A stretch of DNA of 64,000 nt, taken from contig OY760142.1 of assembly GCA_963663225.1 (NCBI GenBank), forward strand, positions 160,001-224,000, in the 5' to 3' direction. A program made the position numbers and the translations under genes. The notes under the pieces are model-generated. The model was given only the letters and a program-made list of their open reading frames with translations. It made no database searches and had not been told where the DNA came from. Origin of the DNA: Nitrospirota bacterium. GTDB lineage: Bacteria; Nitrospirota; UBA9217. Shown piece by piece: positions 30,817 to 39,601 of the stretch. The first letter of the stretch is position 1. Each line of letters opens with the position of its first letter.

Positions 30817-30836
30817 TTTTTCTGGTGGCTTTTTCT
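30805..30836 (+). terminator. Intrinsic terminator forming the riboswitch expression platform
   Basis: AGCCGCCAGA (30805-30814) pairs with TCTGGTGGCT (30821-30830), followed by TTTTCT. The 5' arm overlaps the aptamer P1 3' strand. Confidence 0.85.
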
Positions 30837-30857
30837 ATGAAACAAGGAGGTTGTCGC

Positions 30858-31232
30858 ATGCTAAATAAAACAATACTCACTCTTCTGGCGCTGATACTGG
30901 TAGCGACCCTACAAGCTGGATGTGGCGGAAGCAGCGGACCGACCTATTCGACATCCAGCTATGGAGCTGCAACATTATCTTGGAGCCGCGCGACAACCTA
31001 TACTGATGGTTCTACGCTCACTCCTGCGGGTTACAAAATCTACTACGGCACTGCTTCAGGAACATATTCACAATATAAGCAAATTCCCCTTGGAAGTCTG
31101 GGCAATCCAAACTCACCGAGCTACACTCTCAGCCTCCCGAGGGGCGCTACTTACTACTTTGCAATTGCGGTATACGATGCGTCAAATGTTGAAAGTTCTT
31201 TATCTGCCGAAGTAAGCAAAACTGTTCGATAA
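30858..31232 (+). CDS. Lipoprotein with a fibronectin type III-like domain
   Basis: AAGGAGG RBS; signal peptide with lipobox LQAGC; FnIII strands ATLSW, GYKIYYG, TYYFAIAVYD and ESSLSAEVS. Confidence 0.8.
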   Translation: MLNKTILTLLALILVATLQAGCGGSSGPTYSTSSYGAATLSWSRATTYTDGSTLTPAGYKIYYGTASGTYSQYKQIPLGSLGNPNSPSYTLSLPRGATYYFAIAVYDASNVESSLSAEVSKTVR

Positions 31233-31303
31233 TCTGAAATCTGATAGCCGGTTTTTACACATGAATATAGGACACGCGGAATAATACTTGAGGAGACAGT
31301 ATT

Positions 31304-33844
31304 ATGAAAAAAATCACAAAAAATAAACTAATCTGCTACTTTTTATTAGCAGTAGTCCTCACCATCACTTCAATCATCGTTCTCTGCAACTCCGCCCAAG
31401 CTGATCCGGTTTTGCTTTTTTCCGACCTCAACTGGGGTCCAAAATCCGGTTGGGAAGGATCTACAACCAAAGGCGCGGCAGTCACCATCTGGGGAAAAAA
31501 TTTCAGCAGTTCCCGAGGCTCCAGCTATGTCACCATTAACGGAGCGCAGCTCACAAGCGCTTCTGACTATGCTGAATGGGGCGCTACCGGTCCTGCAAGG
31601 GGTCTTGAAAGAATAACGTTCTGGATCCCCAGTACCGCATCAAACGGCGACGGTCAAATTACCGTAACCGTGGGCGGCGTCACATCGAATTCACTCGCTT
31701 TCACCGTGATGACGGGATCAATCTACTTTATATCCGTGAATGATGGAAACAACAGTTACAATGGATTATACTCAACCCGTACCGGCCACACAGGTAGTGA
31801 TGGTCCATTCAAGGACATCGACATGTTTAATCCCAACTATAACCCGCAAGGGAGCACCGGTTCATATATTATCTATGTGCGAGGTGGGACCTATACCACA
31901 ACAGACCGTGTCAATGATCCAAATGCCTTTGTTGCCTTGAGAGGACCCTGCGGTTCATCGTCAAGCAGACACGCGCTGATCGGTTATCCGGCTGAGACTC
32001 CTTTATTGAATACAACAAGTGCCGAAGGCATAAATTGGAATGCCGATTACAGCCCTTATGGCAGGAACTCATATTTTACTTTCGCAAAATTATCTGGCTA
32101 CGGGGGCAAAACGGCCTTTGATTCATTAGGCGACTACAACAGATTTATCGGCAACACACTCCAGGAATATCTTGCAGAAGCATGGTCAGGCGTCATATGG
32201 GCAACCGCATCACAGCAGGTATCCATTTACGGCAATTACTTCAGTCATATAGGCTATGATTCCTACAAGCACAATATTTATCTTAAAGCACAAGCAGGAT
32301 ATACCGGCGACCGCAGCGTTCAATACGTCAACATCGGATATAATGAATTCAATAACCCCGTAGCCGGCACCGACAGCAGAGGTGGGGCGATCTTTATAAG
32401 CCGCAACAGTGACGCCGGATCATATACGACAAATAATATTTATGTCTTTGACAATTATTTTCACGACGGGAATATGGAATTTATTTATATAGGCGACAAT
32501 GTCAATATAGGAGATGTTTACATCTACAACAATATTTTCAAGGGAGGGACAAACACAAACGGCGGCGCTATTTCCTTTGCAGGAGGCACCAACAACGTCT
32601 ATCTGTATAATAATGTGTTTTATCAGACCGGATCGGGCGCGGGCGCTTTGCTCTCTGGTTTTGACACGGGAGGTCCCCTTACCTCAAGGGTATATTCCCG
32701 CAATAATGTCTTTTATTCTAACTCTTCATCCATAAGCTATCTTTACTGGGATGGGGCGAGCAAAGGCGCGCAGTTTAATTCAGATCACGATCTTTTCTAT
32801 AATGGCGGCAGCCTTCCATCCGGAAGCGGCATCACCGTAACGAATTCGCTTACAGGCAATCCTCTCTTTTCTGCACCGTCAAGCGGGGATTTTACACTGC
32901 AAACCGGCAGCCCGGCACTCAACAGCGGAACATCTTCTGTCAGCTCCGTTGTCGCGAGTGATTATGTCGGTACTTCGCGACCACAGGATTCCGCCTATGA
33001 TATAGGCGTTTATGAAACCATCGGCAGCGGAAGTACAACTCCAGCCACCTATACCGTTGGAGGTTCAATAACCGGTCTCAATGGTACGCTGGTCTTACAG
33101 AATAACGGAAGTGATACGCTGACCGTATCGACAAACGGCTCATTCTCTTTCGGGACTGCCCTGACTAATAATGCCTCGTACGACGTACGAGTATTAACGC
33201 AACCCACCGGACAGACTTGCACCGTCACGAACGGATCCGGTAATATCCCGAATGCTGATGTTACGAGTATTGGCATTACCTGTGCGAATAATCCCGGACT
33301 TACCTATACTCTCGGCGGCCAGATCAGTGGTTTGAATGGAACGGTAGTTATTCAGAATAACGGTGGAAACGATTTATCCATAACCGCCAACGGTACCTTT
33401 ACATTTTCCAGCGCACTAAGTGACGGCGCGACGTATGCGGTAAGCGTTCTCACCCAACCCTCCGCTCAGCAGTGCACGGTATCAAACGGAACGGGAACTA
33501 TATCCGGCGCGAACGTTACAAGTGTAAGAATAGTATGTGTGAACACTTACACGATCGGAGGTTCCATCAGCGGTCTGAACGGCGGCACCGTAACGCTCCG
33601 AAACAATTCCAGCGATATCGTAGCCCGGAATGTAAATGGCTCCTTCACCTTCTCCACAGCACTCTTAAACGGAGCTACCTATTCTGTTGTCGTCACTAAT
33701 AATCCTACTGGCCAAACGTGCACAGTATCAAACGGTTCAGGAACCGTTTCCAGCGCAAACGTGACAACTGTAAGTATAGCCTGTGTTGCCAACTCAACGC
33801 CGACAAAAGTCCCTTCAACAGTAACCGGCGTCACGATAAGATAA
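31304..33844 (+). CDS. Large secreted Ser/Thr/Gly/Asn-rich protein: IPT/TIG-like domain, parallel beta-helix, choice-of-anchor-Q-like motif, three Cys-pair repeats
   Basis: Signal peptide ending AQA; VTIWGKNF..VTVGGVTSN; Asn-ladder repeats (IYNNIF, LYNNVF, SRNNVF); DFTLQTGSPALNSG..DYVGTSRP..YDIGVYE. Confidence 0.8.
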   Translation: MKKITKNKLICYFLLAVVLTITSIIVLCNSAQADPVLLFSDLNWGPKSGWEGSTTKGAAVTIWGKNFSSSRGSSYVTINGAQLTSASDYAEWGATGPARGLERITFWIPSTASNGDGQITVTVGGVTSNSLAFTVMTGSIYFISVNDGNNSYNGLYSTRTGHTGSDGPFKDIDMFNPNYNPQGSTGSYIIYVRGGTYTTTDRVNDPNAFVALRGPCGSSSSRHALIGYPAETPLLNTTSAEGINWNADYSPYGRNSYFTFAKLSGYGGKTAFDSLGDYNRFIGNTLQEYLAEAWSGVIWATASQQVSIYGNYFSHIGYDSYKHNIYLKAQAGYTGDRSVQYVNIGYNEFNNPVAGTDSRGGAIFISRNSDAGSYTTNNIYVFDNYFHDGNMEFIYIGDNVNIGDVYIYNNIFKGGTNTNGGAISFAGGTNNVYLYNNVFYQTGSGAGALLSGFDTGGPLTSRVYSRNNVFYSNSSSISYLYWDGASKGAQFNSDHDLFYNGGSLPSGSGITVTNSLTGNPLFSAPSSGDFTLQTGSPALNSGTSSVSSVVASDYVGTSRPQDSAYDIGVYETIGSGSTTPATYTVGGSITGLNGTLVLQNNGSDTLTVSTNGSFSFGTALTNNASYDVRVLTQPTGQTCTVTNGSGNIPNADVTSIGITCANNPGLTYTLGGQISGLNGTVVIQNNGGNDLSITANGTFTFSSALSDGATYAVSVLTQPSAQQCTVSNGTGTISGANVTSVRIVCVNTYTIGGSISGLNGGTVTLRNNSSDIVARNVNGSFTFSTALLNGATYSVVVTNNPTGQTCTVSNGSGTVSSANVTTVSIACVANSTPTKVPSTVTGVTIR
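33047..33790 (+). repeat. Three tandem coding repeats of about 81-85 aa
   Basis: Units start TYTVGGSITGLNG (33047), TYTLGGQISGLNG (33302) and TYTIGGSISGLNG (33545); each contains QxCTVxNGxG...NVTxVxIxC-like segments. Confidence 0.9.
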
Positions 33845-33866
33845 CTGAGACAACGGAAAAATATCC

Positions 33867-33899
33867 GGGTGGAAAGCAGCTTGCTTTTCACCCTTTTTT
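33867..33899 (+). terminator. Intrinsic terminator
   Basis: GGGTGGAAAGCA-gct-TGCTTTTCACCC followed by TTTTTT, between convergent genes. Confidence 0.8.
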
Positions 33900-35835
33900 A
33901 TGAAACTGAGTCATTCAAAGGATATGAGACTGCACTCGCATCCTTGATGGTGGACTCCGGCACAATTTCCTTCAACAACCCTATAATCCTGACGGTATCA
34001 TTCTGGTCTACATAAACATTTAGAAGGTCAACCTTCTCAAACAGACCCGAACAGGCACATCCATTCTGTTTCAGCATGGTAATCTTTTTATTGCTGGTCG
34101 GTACAATGCCTTCACCTTTCCAGTAGAGTTCCTCATACAGTTTTTCTCCCGGTCGAAGGCCTGAATACACAACATCTATATCTTTTCCAGGTTCCAGGCC
34201 CGAAAGACGCACCAATTCATGCGCAAGATCAACAATTTTGATTGGTTCGCCCATATCCAGCAGGAATATCTCCCCCCCTTTACCCATTGCGCCAGCAGTC
34301 ATAACCAGTTGAACAGCTTCTGGAATGGCCATAAAATAACGAGTAACATCAGGATGCGTAACCGTAATGGGGCCGCCTTTTGCAATTTGCTTTTTGAACA
34401 AGGGGATGACACTTCCGTTGCTGCCGATAACATTTCCGAACCGAACAGCAATAAATTTTGTTTTTTCAGTATTCAAGCTCTGTACGGACAGTTCGGCGAT
34501 GCGCTTCGTCGTTCCCATAATGTTCGCAGGATTAACGGCTTTGTCGGTGGATATCAGAACAAATTTACCCACGTTGTTCTTTACGGCAAGCTTTGCCAGA
34601 TTCATAGTTCCGAGTACATTGTTCCGGACGGCCTCGATCGGTTCGCGTTCCATTAAAGGGACATGCTTGTATGCCGCTGCATGATACACAAGCTCTATCT
34701 CATGCCGATGCAAAATGCCGTTTACTTTTTCAGTATCTAAAATGTCACCGATAACCGGGACAATGGCAAGACCTGGAAATTCTTTTTTGATATCAAGCTC
34801 AAGATCGTATAAAGTATTTTCATAGCGATCATACAGAACCAATACGCGCGGCTTGTATTCTGCAACTTGTCTGCAAAGTTCCGAACCTATCGAACCGCCT
34901 GCCCCGGTCACCAAAACAGCTTTTCCCTTGATTTCCGATTCCATGTGTTTGCGATCGGATTCGCGGCTGAATTTTATTATTTTTCTGCCAAGAAGATCAT
35001 CGTAAGCTACATCCTTTAGCTGGCTGGTGATTGCCTTCCCTTCTATCAGTTTCCCAAGATTGGGCAGTACCCGTATCTTGAGTTGCGCTTCCTGGGCTAT
35101 ATTCGTGATTCTGACAATATCTTTATAGCTTGAAGAGGGAATCGCAATGAAAACTTCATCGACGGAATATTTTTTTGCCAGTTGGGGAATGTCCAGCGTA
35201 TTGCCGAGAATCGGAGTTCCCTGAATATGAATTCCTTTTTTATACGGGTCATCATCGACAAAACCCACTGCATGAATACCAAGCTGGGTATTGTTTTTGA
35301 TTTCATTCAGAATCATAACACCTGCCTTGCCGGCACCGACAATTAATATGTACTTTAGTATTTTGGTTGTTTTTGTATTTCTTAATTCCGAATAGTACCG
35401 AATAATAAATCTGCTTCCACCAATAACCAGCAAGTTAATGAGACCTTCAAGTATAAAAATCGACCGTGGAAATTCTTCAATGCGGTATACAAAAACCATT
35501 ACCGTGAGAAAAAGCAAGGACCCCGAAAGAACAGCCTTGAACGTATCAATCAGGTCCTGCATGCTCACAAATCTCCAGGAACCGGCGTGAATCTTGAAAA
35601 AATAATACGTAACGATCCGGGAAATGAGCAGCAGAGGCAAACACTTGTATAAAATAGGAAGCTCTTTGCTCGGTATTGTAAAATCAAAGCGTATATTGTA
35701 CGCCGCAATATATGAAAAAGCTGAGAGCAGCAACTGTGTCAAAATAATAAGTGTATTTCGATTTTGCAAAAGCACATTATTTGTGGTTTCGCTTTCTCGA
35801 ATTTTTTTCAATAGTTCCTGGATTTTTGTATTCAT
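33898..35835 (-). CDS. Membrane-bound UDP-GlcNAc 4,6-dehydratase (PglF/WbpM/CapD family)
   Basis: N-terminal TMs; VTGAGGSIGSELCRQ; HAAAYKHVP; STDKAVNP.NIMG..K; VRFGNV.GS.GSV; GLRPGEKLYEEL. Confidence 0.93.
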   Translation of the reverse strand: MNTKIQELLKKIRESETTNNVLLQNRNTLIILTQLLLSAFSYIAAYNIRFDFTIPSKELPILYKCLPLLLISRIVTYYFFKIHAGSWRFVSMQDLIDTFKAVLSGSLLFLTVMVFVYRIEEFPRSIFILEGLINLLVIGGSRFIIRYYSELRNTKTTKILKYILIVGAGKAGVMILNEIKNNTQLGIHAVGFVDDDPYKKGIHIQGTPILGNTLDIPQLAKKYSVDEVFIAIPSSSYKDIVRITNIAQEAQLKIRVLPNLGKLIEGKAITSQLKDVAYDDLLGRKIIKFSRESDRKHMESEIKGKAVLVTGAGGSIGSELCRQVAEYKPRVLVLYDRYENTLYDLELDIKKEFPGLAIVPVIGDILDTEKVNGILHRHEIELVYHAAAYKHVPLMEREPIEAVRNNVLGTMNLAKLAVKNNVGKFVLISTDKAVNPANIMGTTKRIAELSVQSLNTEKTKFIAVRFGNVIGSNGSVIPLFKKQIAKGGPITVTHPDVTRYFMAIPEAVQLVMTAGAMGKGGEIFLLDMGEPIKIVDLAHELVRLSGLEPGKDIDVVYSGLRPGEKLYEELYWKGEGIVPTSNKKITMLKQNGCACSGLFEKVDLLNVYVDQNDTVRIIGLLKEIVPESTIKDASAVSYPLNDSVS

Positions 35836-35914
35836 ACTATCCTCCTGTATCAAGCACGCGATGCATTCTTTTATCGTCGGGCAATATATTGCTTGCCCGA
35901 CGGCTGGTTTTTAC

Positions 35915-36952
35915 TTAAGTGCTGTTTTTATCGACCAACTCGTACAAATCAAGGATTTTCCGTGCATTCGATTTCCAGTTAAACTCGCGCTCTGCATACG
36001 CACGGGCTTTCTCTCCCATGTCTTGTATATCCATGGAGAACAGTCGGTCAATTGCTTTTCTGAGTTCCTGAGTGTCCTTCGTCGGCACAAGGATGCCGGT
36101 ATCGGAATTTATGATATCTTTTATTCCACCAATAGCGGTGCTGATCACGGGTTTTGAGAATGCATAAGCGAGCGGGATTACACCTGACGTGGTGATATCG
36201 GTATACGGAAGCACAACAATATCACAGGCATTGAAATAGTACTGTATTTCATCGTTGCCAATCCACTTGGCGAAAAGACGCAGCTGGGGCATGGTTTTCG
36301 CGTGCTCAGTAAGCATTTTGCATACATTCGCATCTTGCAGTTTGCCAGCAACGATGACGATTGTGTTTTTTCTATCTTTTACGGCATCAAGCAGATATTC
36401 ATATCCCCTGTTTTCCCGTATAAAGCCAAAGCATAGTATCACGTTGATGTTCTCAGGTATCTTTAAGAAAGCACGGGCCTCTTGCTTCGTGACAGTATTT
36501 GGATATGACTCATTAAAATTGCCGTGAGGAATAACAATATGAGCTTTTTTTGTTTTTGTATCAAACGTATCTTCTGCGCGTTCGATATCATGTCGGCTGT
36601 GGAATATGATCGCGTCAGACTTTTCATAAAACCATGCTGAAGATAATTTATCTCGTTCCGTATAACCATGCGGAAGAATATTATGCATTTCCCAGATGAT
36701 TTTTATTCCGAGGAGCTTGCAGAGATAATAAAAACCCTTCATGATGAAGCTGAATGGGAAAATATACAACCAATGGACATGGATGATTCTATAATCTTGC
36801 AGCCTGAAATAAAGCATTTTAATAAGATTCGTGAAGGAGGAATAATGAAAGGGCTTTAAAACAACGACCTGCACACCTTCAGCTTCAAGATGATGCTTCA
36901 ATTGGTTGATATATTCGTGATTTTTGGGAATGATAAAAATGTTTTTTTTCAT
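35915..36952 (-). CDS. Glycosyltransferase family 4
   Basis: IPHGNF, FGFIRENRG, DIVVLPY and KPVISTAIGG motifs. Confidence 0.85.
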   Translation of the reverse strand: MKKNIFIIPKNHEYINQLKHHLEAEGVQVVVLKPFHYSSFTNLIKMLYFRLQDYRIIHVHWLYIFPFSFIMKGFYYLCKLLGIKIIWEMHNILPHGYTERDKLSSAWFYEKSDAIIFHSRHDIERAEDTFDTKTKKAHIVIPHGNFNESYPNTVTKQEARAFLKIPENINVILCFGFIRENRGYEYLLDAVKDRKNTIVIVAGKLQDANVCKMLTEHAKTMPQLRLFAKWIGNDEIQYYFNACDIVVLPYTDITTSGVIPLAYAFSKPVISTAIGGIKDIINSDTGILVPTKDTQELRKAIDRLFSMDIQDMGEKARAYAEREFNWKSNARKILDLYELVDKNST

Positions 36953-36965
36953 TTGTTTTCCGGAA

Positions 36966-37760
36966 TCATGCTCTATATTTAAAAAACGCGGACCAGATGC
37001 GATAGTACAGTTTGCTTCCCAGTGCTTTTTTAGCAACTGCCTTCGCGCTATACACAAGTTTTTCCTTTGCAGCATAGGAGGAATCGGCGCCTACAATCTG
37101 CCGAAAGCAGCTTATCGGCATGGATCGTGTGATTACGAACCGGTTAAAAACGGTACTGCTTCCAGTACTTGTTGTTTTATTCAAACCAGGGCAGGATGTT
37201 GCCACTCCTTTATAGCCGGCCTCCTGCGCCGCACGTAAAACGTTCCGGGAGCAAAACCCGCCTGGCAGAGAAATAAAATCAACAGGCAGAGAAAGTTCTT
37301 TTTGCAGCTGTTGCTTGGATTCCTGCAATTCATGCATCAAAGCTTTTTTGTCAAGGTCTGAAAGAAATACATGATTAAAGCTATGGGACTGAATCGACAT
37401 GTTTTCTTTGGCCATTTCCCTGAGATGCGTCCAATCAACATAACCGGGGGAACCAACCCGACTTACCGTAATAAAGAAGGTTGCTTTCATACCATATCGT
37501 TTCAGAATTGGAAGGGCTGCTGCATAGTCGCTGTAATTGCCGTCATCAAAAGAAATGATGACGTACTTCCCATTTTGATCAAGCAACCGGCTATCCAGCA
37601 AGTTTCCTAAATCAGCGCTGGAAAATCCATTCTTCGATAGATATTGAATATGCTGTTCAAAAATGTCAGTAGAAATAGCATAATTTTCCGTATTATCAGT
37701 TCCCTCAAACAGCGCATGATAAAGGAGTACAGGCACACGTAAAGTATTATTCGTCGGCAT
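36966..37760 (-). CDS. Polysaccharide deacetylase (CE4)
   Basis: VLLYH, SFDDG, SHSFNH and LPGG motifs. Confidence 0.88.
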   Translation of the reverse strand: MPTNNTLRVPVLLYHALFEGTDNTENYAISTDIFEQHIQYLSKNGFSSADLGNLLDSRLLDQNGKYVIISFDDGNYSDYAAALPILKRYGMKATFFITVSRVGSPGYVDWTHLREMAKENMSIQSHSFNHVFLSDLDKKALMHELQESKQQLQKELSLPVDFISLPGGFCSRNVLRAAQEAGYKGVATSCPGLNKTTSTGSSTVFNRFVITRSMPISCFRQIVGADSSYAAKEKLVYSAKAVAKKALGSKLYYRIWSAFFKYRA

Positions 37761-37763
37761 GTT

Positions 37764-38915
37764 CTATACCATTACTTCCTTGTAAAGCGCAAGGTACCGG
37801 GCAGACATACGGTCAGACGAATAGTTTGCCCGGACTGTTTCATATCCACCTTCAGCATAACGTCTTCGCTTGCCGTCATCTGCAAGCAGTGAAGAAAGTG
37901 CATCTTCCAGCCCCTGAACATCTCCAGGAGCAACAAGAATGCCGTTTTCTTCCTGGATGATATTCGGAATAGCACCTACGCTCGTGGCTATGACCGGCTT
38001 CTGCGCCGCCATGGCTTCCAGTAATACCATGGGAAGCCCTTCTTTAATTGAAGGAAGGACGAATATATCCATAATGGACAGGAGTTCCGGGATGTCCGTC
38101 CGGAAACCGGTGAAAATTACATTTTTATTCAAGCCGTACTGCTCAGTTTCCTGCTTCAAAAAATCGAGAAGAGGGCCTTCTCCCACGATAAGCATCTTGA
38201 CAGCTCTGCCGGAGGCAAAAATATTTCTGGCGGCCTGCAAAAGATACGTATGTCCTTTTTCCACACCGAGATTCCCTATAGTGCCGACCACGAGCTCATT
38301 GAGCGAAATCCCCAGTTCACGTTTAAGTTTTTCCACCGGATGATGGTTCTGAAATCTTGTCAGATCAATCCCATTGTCTATAACACTGATCTTTTCCGCC
38401 GGTACGCCTGAATTCAACATGTCACTTCTTACACCTTCCGATACGGCGACAATTTTATTAAAAAAACGAATCAGCAGACTGTCAATCCGTCGGTATATGC
38501 GTAGTTTCCAGTGAGACGTAAGCCAGTTATGGTTTGTCGCTACGAGCGGCATGCCTTTTTTTCTGGCCAGCAAGGCATAGAAATTTGACTTATATCCGTG
38601 GCAATGAATGATATCAATGTCTTTTTCGCGGACAAATGTCCGTATCGCTTCAACCGCTTTGCTGTCGAATTTTGCCTTGCATGAAAAAACAACCGCAGCA
38701 ATAGAATTTTTTCCGGCTTCCTCCACGACTTCCTTGTGGGGATTATAGGTATTCATGATGACGCCGATAACAGGTTCGCACCGTTGCCGCTTCAGACTGC
38801 TGCATAGTTCGATCGCAACCCGTTCTGCTCCATACAGTCCTCTGCTGCTGATCAAGTGCAAAACTTTCAGGGGTCGCGCAGTATTTGCTGGGTGAGAGGA
38901 TGTCAACTCTTGCAC
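37764..38915 (-). CDS. Glycosyltransferase family 4
   Basis: YGAER; EKGH; EGLPMVLLEAMA (EX7E motif). Confidence 0.9.
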   Translation of the reverse strand: MQELTSSHPANTARPLKVLHLISSRGLYGAERVAIELCSSLKRQRCEPVIGVIMNTYNPHKEVVEEAGKNSIAAVVFSCKAKFDSKAVEAIRTFVREKDIDIIHCHGYKSNFYALLARKKGMPLVATNHNWLTSHWKLRIYRRIDSLLIRFFNKIVAVSEGVRSDMLNSGVPAEKISVIDNGIDLTRFQNHHPVEKLKRELGISLNELVVGTIGNLGVEKGHTYLLQAARNIFASGRAVKMLIVGEGPLLDFLKQETEQYGLNKNVIFTGFRTDIPELLSIMDIFVLPSIKEGLPMVLLEAMAAQKPVIATSVGAIPNIIQEENGILVAPGDVQGLEDALSSLLADDGKRRRYAEGGYETVRANYSSDRMSARYLALYKEVMV

Positions 38916-39559
38916 GTATCATCTCCGCACTTTTTGGCATTTGGCATAATGTCCTGTTTTTGCGCAGGGGCCAAAATCCGGTAGAAAGTCAGAAAAATTA
39001 GTTTCATATCATAGAAAAATGAACGATGCAGTATGTATTCCTTTGCCATCCGCATTTTTTCCGGGAGAAGCACGGTCAGATAAAAATGTTCCGGGTTGTC
39101 CTGTCCTTTCAGAACGCTTTCTTCATCCCTGAATGTCAGAGATGAAATATCCGTAATGCCCGGGCGCACGCTCAGAATGGTTTCATATTCCTGTTTGTAA
39201 TACTCGACGTATTTCTTTACTTCCGGCCGTGGTCCCACTATGCTCATATCGCCTGTTACAACATTGATAAGCTGCGGCAGTTCATCAATTTTTGTTTTTC
39301 TCAATATCCGTCCAATCGCAGTAACACGTGCGTCGCCGCCCGCAGTAATCTGCAATCCGCTTTTCTGAGCATCACGCACCATGGTCCTGAATTTGTAAAT
39401 AAAAAACGGTTTGAACCTCCGGCCCATCCGTTCCTGTTTGAAGAAAACAGGACCATCGCTGCCGAATCTGACTAGAAAAGCGACGACGATAAAGAGCGGC
39501 AATAGGACCAGAAGTCCGATCAAAGCACTGAAAAAATCAAAAAGGCGTTTTATCATCAT
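38903..39559 (-). CDS. Polyprenyl-phosphate phosphoglycosyltransferase (initiating sugar transferase, PglC-like)
   Basis: KRLFD, YKFRTM, KIDELPQLINV..GDMSIVGPRP and RPGIT motifs. Confidence 0.9.
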   Translation of the reverse strand: MMIKRLFDFFSALIGLLVLLPLFIVVAFLVRFGSDGPVFFKQERMGRRFKPFFIYKFRTMVRDAQKSGLQITAGGDARVTAIGRILRKTKIDELPQLINVVTGDMSIVGPRPEVKKYVEYYKQEYETILSVRPGITDISSLTFRDEESVLKGQDNPEHFYLTVLLPEKMRMAKEYILHRSFFYDMKLIFLTFYRILAPAQKQDIMPNAKKCGDDTCKS

Positions 39560-39601
39560 AGCATGTAAGCATAAATAGCGGTGCGGCGCGTGCACGCGTC
39601 G

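Noticed and set aside
30795-30857. ORF-track start at 30795 for the lipoprotein
   Set aside because: It lies inside the riboswitch and terminator. ATG 30858 has an AAGGAGG RBS and begins a proper signal peptide.
31304-33844. PEP-CTERM sorting signal on the secreted proteins
   Set aside because: There is no PEP motif with a TM helix and basic tail, and no exosortase gene in the window.
35875-35902. 10-bp inverted repeat CGTCGGGCAA / TTGCCCGACG inside the polysaccharide cluster
   Set aside because: There is no U-tract in the transcribed (minus) direction and it is single-copy. It may stabilise mRNA but cannot be called a terminator or REP element.
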